A stretch of 21,165 nucleotides of DNA from Verrucomicrobiota bacterium (GTDB taxonomy: Bacteria; Verrucomicrobiota; Verrucomicrobiia; Limisphaerales; CANJXF01): positions 1 to 21,165 of the forward strand of contig JBBQRQ010000088.1 of assembly GCA_038214755.1 (NCBI GenBank), in the 5' to 3' direction. The position numbers were made by a program, and so were the translations under genes. The notes under the pieces are model-generated. The model searched no databases. It saw nothing but the letters and a program-made list of their open reading frames with translations, and had not been told where the DNA came from. Positions 17,590-21,165 of this stretch are shown here, piece by piece (positions within the stretch are counted from its first letter, which is position 1; every line of letters begins with the position of its first letter).

Positions 17590-20586
17590 TTACGATAAAT
17601 TCACTGGATCGATATCGACGATTACCGAAACGTCGTCGGGCAACTTCAGTGTCTGCGTGACACTTGATAAAATCTGGCTGAGCCGCGTCATTTGTTTTGT
17701 GCGCAGCATAATTTGAAAACGATAATAAGTTTCCGCCCGAGCGAGCGGCGCAGGGGCGGGGCCGGCGATGATTAAATCGGGAAAGTGAGCAGGTGAGAAA
17801 GTGGGCATGGGAGACTCTGTTCCCTCACCGGCGAATTCAAACGCGCCCATCTCACTTTCCCGTTTTCCCACTTTCCCACTTTCTACGCGACCGCTGCTCG
17901 TCACCTTCTCTAATTCCTTCCGCAAATGTTCCGCCGAAAATTTGACCTTATCCTCGCTGCGCCCTTTGATGGTCAACAGCGCCACGCGCGAGACGGGCGG
18001 ATATTTCAATTGCTCGCGAAACTCGATTTCCTGCTCGTAAAAACCAGCGAAGTCATGACGCCGTGCGAATTGAATGGCCGGATGAAATGGCGTGAACGCC
18101 TGCACAAAAACTTCGCCCTCCACATCGCCGCGTCCCGCGCGACCGGAGACTTGCGTGAGCAATTGAAACGTCCGCTCGCCCGCGCGAAAATCGGGAACGT
18201 GCAAACTCAAATCCGCATAAATAATTCCGACCAGCGTCACGTTGGGGAAGTGAAGTCCTTTCGCAATCATCTGCGTGCCGACGAGGATATCGATTTTGCC
18301 GCGTTTGAAATCGCCGAGAATATTTCGGTAATCCTCTTTGCGTTTGAGCGCGTCGGAATCCATTCGCCGGATTTTTGCGTGCGGAAATAATTTTGCCAAA
18401 GTCGATTCAACTTTTTCCGTGCCCAAACCGGAATAGCGAATTTGCGGATTGCGGCATTTCGCATTCGGACAAATGGTCGGCGCAGGATCCGAGTGCCCGC
18501 AGATGTGACAGGAAATTTTTTGCGCGGCGCGATGATACGTCAGCGACACGCTGCAATTCGGACACTCCGCCACGTAGCCGCACAAGGGACATTGCAACGA
18601 CGTGGCAAATCCGCGCCGGTTCAAAAACAAAATTGTTTGCTCCTTTTTTTCGAGGCGTTGCGTGATGGCTTCCTTCAATTGCGGAGAAAAAATCGGCGAC
18701 TTTTCTTTGCGCGCGACCTGGCGCATGTCGATCACGCGCACGACGGGCATTTTTTTGTCATCCGCGCGCTGAAGCAATTCGAGCAGCGTGTATTTTCCTA
18801 TCGTCACGTTGTAAAAACTTTCGAGCGACGGCGTGGCCGTGCCGAGAACGACGACGGCATTTTCCATTTGCCCGCGAACGACGGCGACATCGCGAGCGTG
18901 GTAGCGCGGCGCTTCCTCCTGTTTGTAGGAATTCTCGTGCTCCTCATCGACGATGATCAACCCGAGCGGATCGACCGGCGCGAAAACCGCTGAGCGCGCG
19001 CCAATGGCGATTCGCGCGCGACCTTGGCGAATCTTGTGCCATTCATCGTGGCGCTCGCCGGCGGAAAGATGGCTGTGCAAAACGGCGACTAGAGTTTTTA
19101 GCGGCCCGGAACTGAATCGCGCTTTGAATCTCTCGACCGTTTGCGGGGTCAGAGAAATTTCCGGCACAAGGACAATCGCGCCTTTGCCCTGCGCGAGAGT
19201 GTGCGCGATGGCTTGCAAATAAACTTCCGTTTTCCCGCTGCCCGTGACGCCGTGCAGCAGGAAAGTCGAAGGAGATATTTTCCGAGAACTTTCAACGGAG
19301 GTTGCGCCCCCCCGGGTAGCATCTGCCTCCGGCGGGTGCGAATCCGCATGTGACCGGGTAGCATCTGCCTCCGGCGGGTGCGAATTCACCGTTTTCTCCC
19401 CTTCATTTCCCGGAAACCAAATAAACGGATATTCCTCCATCGACCCCACCAATCCAATCTTCCGTGGGTTGTTCCAGATGTAATTCCATTTCTCATGCAA
19501 ATCATTTTGCGAACGAATCAATCGATCAAATGATTCGTCGTTCCAAACAGGACCGGTTCGGCCCATGACTTTATTCACCTCATGCGCGGAAAACGATTTG
19601 ATGCTGTGTAAAACTTCGGAGAGTGAATAGACGCTGTCGTTTTTCTGAGGCAATGGCAGCGGTCGCATTAACAGATGAACGTGATCGGGCATCACGCACG
19701 CGAGATAGCAATGGATTTTCTTGTCGTGCCAAAAATGACAGGCGGCGAGGGTCTTTTCGCGAGCGGCGGGGGAAAGGAGTAAATTTTTATGCGTACTCCA
19801 GGTGATGTGATAGATGCGACCGGGGATTTCCAGGTGCGGAAGGCGGCGGCGGCGGAACGTGAATTCGGATATGCCGGCTGGAGGGGTGGAAAAAAATGGT
19901 GGGGGAGGGTTTTCTCGCACCCGCCGGAGGCAGATGCTACCCGGCGCGGCTTTTTCGTTGAGCGATGCAATAAGCGTTTGCAGCGCAGATTTCTGTTCCG
20001 CGTTTAATCCCATCGAGAGCGTAGGCAAAATATTTTCCTTCGCGTACGGATCGCGTTCCGAGATTTGCGTGGAGATTTGAATCAAGCCCTTGTCTTCCAA
20101 ACGACGAACGGTTCCGGCGTCGGTTTCGGCGAGAGCGAGTAATTCCTGAAGCGGGATTTCTTTTCGCTGCTCCAGAATTTTCCAAATCTCCTGCTGACGC
20201 TTGGTGAGCTTCGGCAACTCGCCCGTCACCGCAAGAGCGCGAACAAACAACTGTTCTTTCCAACCTTCTTTCTCTTTGCGGACGGCTTCGGGCAAAACAC
20301 TTTTCAACGCGATCTCCGGCGGGCAGCAATAATATTCTCCAATCCAACGAGCGAGTTGCAAAATTTTCGGAGTGACGAGCGTTTGTTTGCCCACGACTTT
20401 TGTGATCGCGCGCAGGTTGGTGTGCGGAGAATTTTCGACGAGCGCAGTGACGACGCCCATGACCTGACGCGGGCCGAACGGAACTTTTACCCGGCTGCCC
20501 ACGTCAATTTGCCCAGCCAATTCTGGGGGGATGAAATAATCGAACTCCTTGCGCAGAGCGAGTTCGAGCGTGACGCGGGCGATCAT
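17590..20586 (-). CDS. priA: Primosomal protein N' (replication restart helicase) with in-frame RAYT-like insertion
   Basis: N-terminal FDY..P..GSRVKVPFG, motif 0 LNAEQ, GVTGSGKTEVY, LVPEISLTPQ, DEEHE.SYKQ..PRY, four Cys pairs, GTQMIAKG.HFP, QVSGRAGR and terminal DIDP. Confidence 0.95.
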   Translation of the reverse strand: MIARVTLELALRKEFDYFIPPELAGQIDVGSRVKVPFGPRQVMGVVTALVENSPHTNLRAITKVVGKQTLVTPKILQLARWIGEYYCCPPEIALKSVLPEAVRKEKEGWKEQLFVRALAVTGELPKLTKRQQEIWKILEQRKEIPLQELLALAETDAGTVRRLEDKGLIQISTQISERDPYAKENILPTLSMGLNAEQKSALQTLIASLNEKAAPGSICLRRVRENPPPPFFSTPPAGISEFTFRRRRLPHLEIPGRIYHITWSTHKNLLLSPAAREKTLAACHFWHDKKIHCYLACVMPDHVHLLMRPLPLPQKNDSVYSLSEVLHSIKSFSAHEVNKVMGRTGPVWNDESFDRLIRSQNDLHEKWNYIWNNPRKIGLVGSMEEYPFIWFPGNEGEKTVNSHPPEADATRSHADSHPPEADATRGGATSVESSRKISPSTFLLHGVTGSGKTEVYLQAIAHTLAQGKGAIVLVPEISLTPQTVERFKARFSSGPLKTLVAVLHSHLSAGERHDEWHKIRQGRARIAIGARSAVFAPVDPLGLIIVDEEHENSYKQEEAPRYHARDVAVVRGQMENAVVVLGTATPSLESFYNVTIGKYTLLELLQRADDKKMPVVRVIDMRQVARKEKSPIFSPQLKEAITQRLEKKEQTILFLNRRGFATSLQCPLCGYVAECPNCSVSLTYHRAAQKISCHICGHSDPAPTICPNAKCRNPQIRYSGLGTEKVESTLAKLFPHAKIRRMDSDALKRKEDYRNILGDFKRGKIDILVGTQMIAKGLHFPNVTLVGIIYADLSLHVPDFRAGERTFQLLTQVSGRAGRGDVEGEVFVQAFTPFHPAIQFARRHDFAGFYEQEIEFREQLKYPPVSRVALLTIKGRSEDKVKFSAEHLRKELEKVTSSGRVESGKVGKRESEMGAFEFAGEGTESPMPTFSPAHFPDLIIAGPAPAPLARAETYYRFQIMLRTKQMTRLSQILSSVTQTLKLPDDVSVIVDIDPVNLS
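17779..17883. repeat. Octamer-periodic inverted hairpin inserted in frame in the priA C-terminal domain
   Basis: GAAAGTGA GCAGGTGA GAAAGTGG ... CTCACTTT CCCGTTTT CCCACTTT CCCACTTT; GGGAAAGTGAG/CTCACTTTCCC form a perfect 11-bp pair. Confidence 0.7.
19312..19944 (-). mobile_element. REP-flanked HUH/Y1 transposase cassette (REPtron-like) inside priA
   Basis: Perfect 30-bp inverted repeats CCGGGTAGCATCTGCCTCCGGCGGGTGCGA starting at 19312 and 19354 (tandem, 42-bp period) and at 19915-19944 (inverted). Length 633 bp = 211 codons. Confidence 0.9.
19414..19863 (-). other. RAYT/TnpA-REP-like Y1 transposase domain (PriA residues ~242-391)
   Basis: RRRLPH, IYHITW, CVMPDHVHLL (HUH), LS.VLHSIKSFSAH.VN, VW..ESFDR.IR, NYIWNNP (catalytic Tyr), GLV...EYPF. 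Confidence 0.92.
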
Positions 20587-20684
20587 TGGTTGAATGAAAA
20601 ATTAAAAAGGAAAAATTAAAAAGGGAAAATGTTTGGCGAGTGGCGCATCTAAACCGGAACGATTCGGTTGGACAGATTGTTCGC

Positions 20685-20815
20685 CCTCACCCTAACCCTC
20701 TCCCCCGAGGAGAGGGAACCTGCCAGCAGGGTCCGCCATCAGGCATTAAACGGTGAATATTTTCCAACGCTGAATAATATCCTCCCTCTCCTCGGAGGAG
20801 AGGGCCGGGGTGAGG
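20685..20815. repeat. Inverted palindromic element (CCCTCACCCT..CCCTCTCCC-type family)
   Basis: CCTCACCCTAACCCTCTCCCCCGAGGAGAGGGA (20685-20717) and TCCCTCTCCTCGGAGGAGAGGGCCGGGGTGAGG (20783-20815); each arm also self-pairs. Confidence 0.8.
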
Positions 20816-20870
20816 TCGAGCGTTTCTCTTCACTGAATAGTTCCGGCTAAGTTTCTCGCCTATCGAATAC

Positions 20871-21045
20871 CTCTCATTAGCGCTCGGCTTGAGCCCGGTG
20901 AATAGAAACTCTCATTAGCACATGGCTTCAGCCGGGTGAATAAAACAGATTGATATAACTCAACCGCTTCAGCGGTTTCCCGCATGGGCCAAACCGCTGA
21001 AGCGGTTAAGTCACCTCGCGACCGCAACACCCGGCTGAAGCCATT
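20871..21045. repeat. Multi-hairpin REP-like doublet with duplicated left arm
   Basis: CTCTCATTAGC...GGCTT.AGCC.GGTGAATA occurs twice (20871 and 20909). ATGGCTTCAGCCGGGTG pairs with CACCCGGCTGAAGCCAT; inner AACCGCTTCAGCGGTTT pairs with AAACCGCTGAAGCGGTT. Confidence 0.8.
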
Positions 21046-21165
21046 GGTATCTACACAAGTTTGCTGGTGGCGGGGCTTGACGGGCGGGATACACTGGCGC
21101 GCGTCGGTTCCTCTTCCGAGTCGCAACGCAACTCAACTCGGAAAACCAATGCCAGAACAATGCCG

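Noticed and set aside
19312..19385. CRISPR array (32-bp direct repeats)
   Set aside because: Only two copies separated by 10 bp, the same sequence occurs inverted and dispersed elsewhere, and there are no cas genes.
19868..19892. Additional degenerate REP at the start of the RAYT domain
   Set aside because: Only loose similarity (CCACCCCTCCAGCCGGCATAT on the minus strand), not distinguishable from chance.
19312..19944. Intein or group I/II intron as the explanation of the priA insertion
   Set aside because: No Cys/Ser-initiated splicing block, no terminal His-Asn, no LAGLIDADG or reverse transcriptase motifs, and no room for a ribozyme core; the insert is a Y1 transposase domain plus REPs.
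20860..21165. 88-aa minus-strand ORF or an RNA gene at the window end
   Set aside because: It is mostly repeat-derived, and no tRNA or known ncRNA pattern was recognised.

Overview
Bacterial chromosomal segment, most likely from Verrucomicrobiota (inferred from the H-X9-DG pilin-like genes and Ig-containing exported proteins ending in FYRL/FYRI). From left to right it contains: a GlpT-like MFS transporter; a two-gene PIN toxin-antitoxin-like module followed by a decayed second copy of the transporter's 3' end; sdhC-sdhA-(ORF6N-domain gene)-sdhB; a ~9.5 kb accessory block with two large modular exported proteins and two prepilin-like genes; an orphan sugar-binding protein; and priA. The main observation is that priA (998 aa) carries a 211-codon in-frame insertion between helicase motif 0 and Walker A. 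The insertion is a REP-associated HUH/Y1 tyrosine transposase (RAYT-like) domain with intact catalytic motifs but no start or stop of its own, bracketed by perfect 30-bp inverted GTAG-type REPs. The same REP family forms non-autonomous REPIN-like hairpins elsewhere in the window. The window also holds other small insertions: 7/8-nt periodic inverted hairpins (one in frame in priA, one readable as a bridging mini-ORF between sdhC and sdhA), an IS50-like MITE nested in a REP, and several further palindromic families. All family assignments come from recognising motifs by eye; no database search was run.
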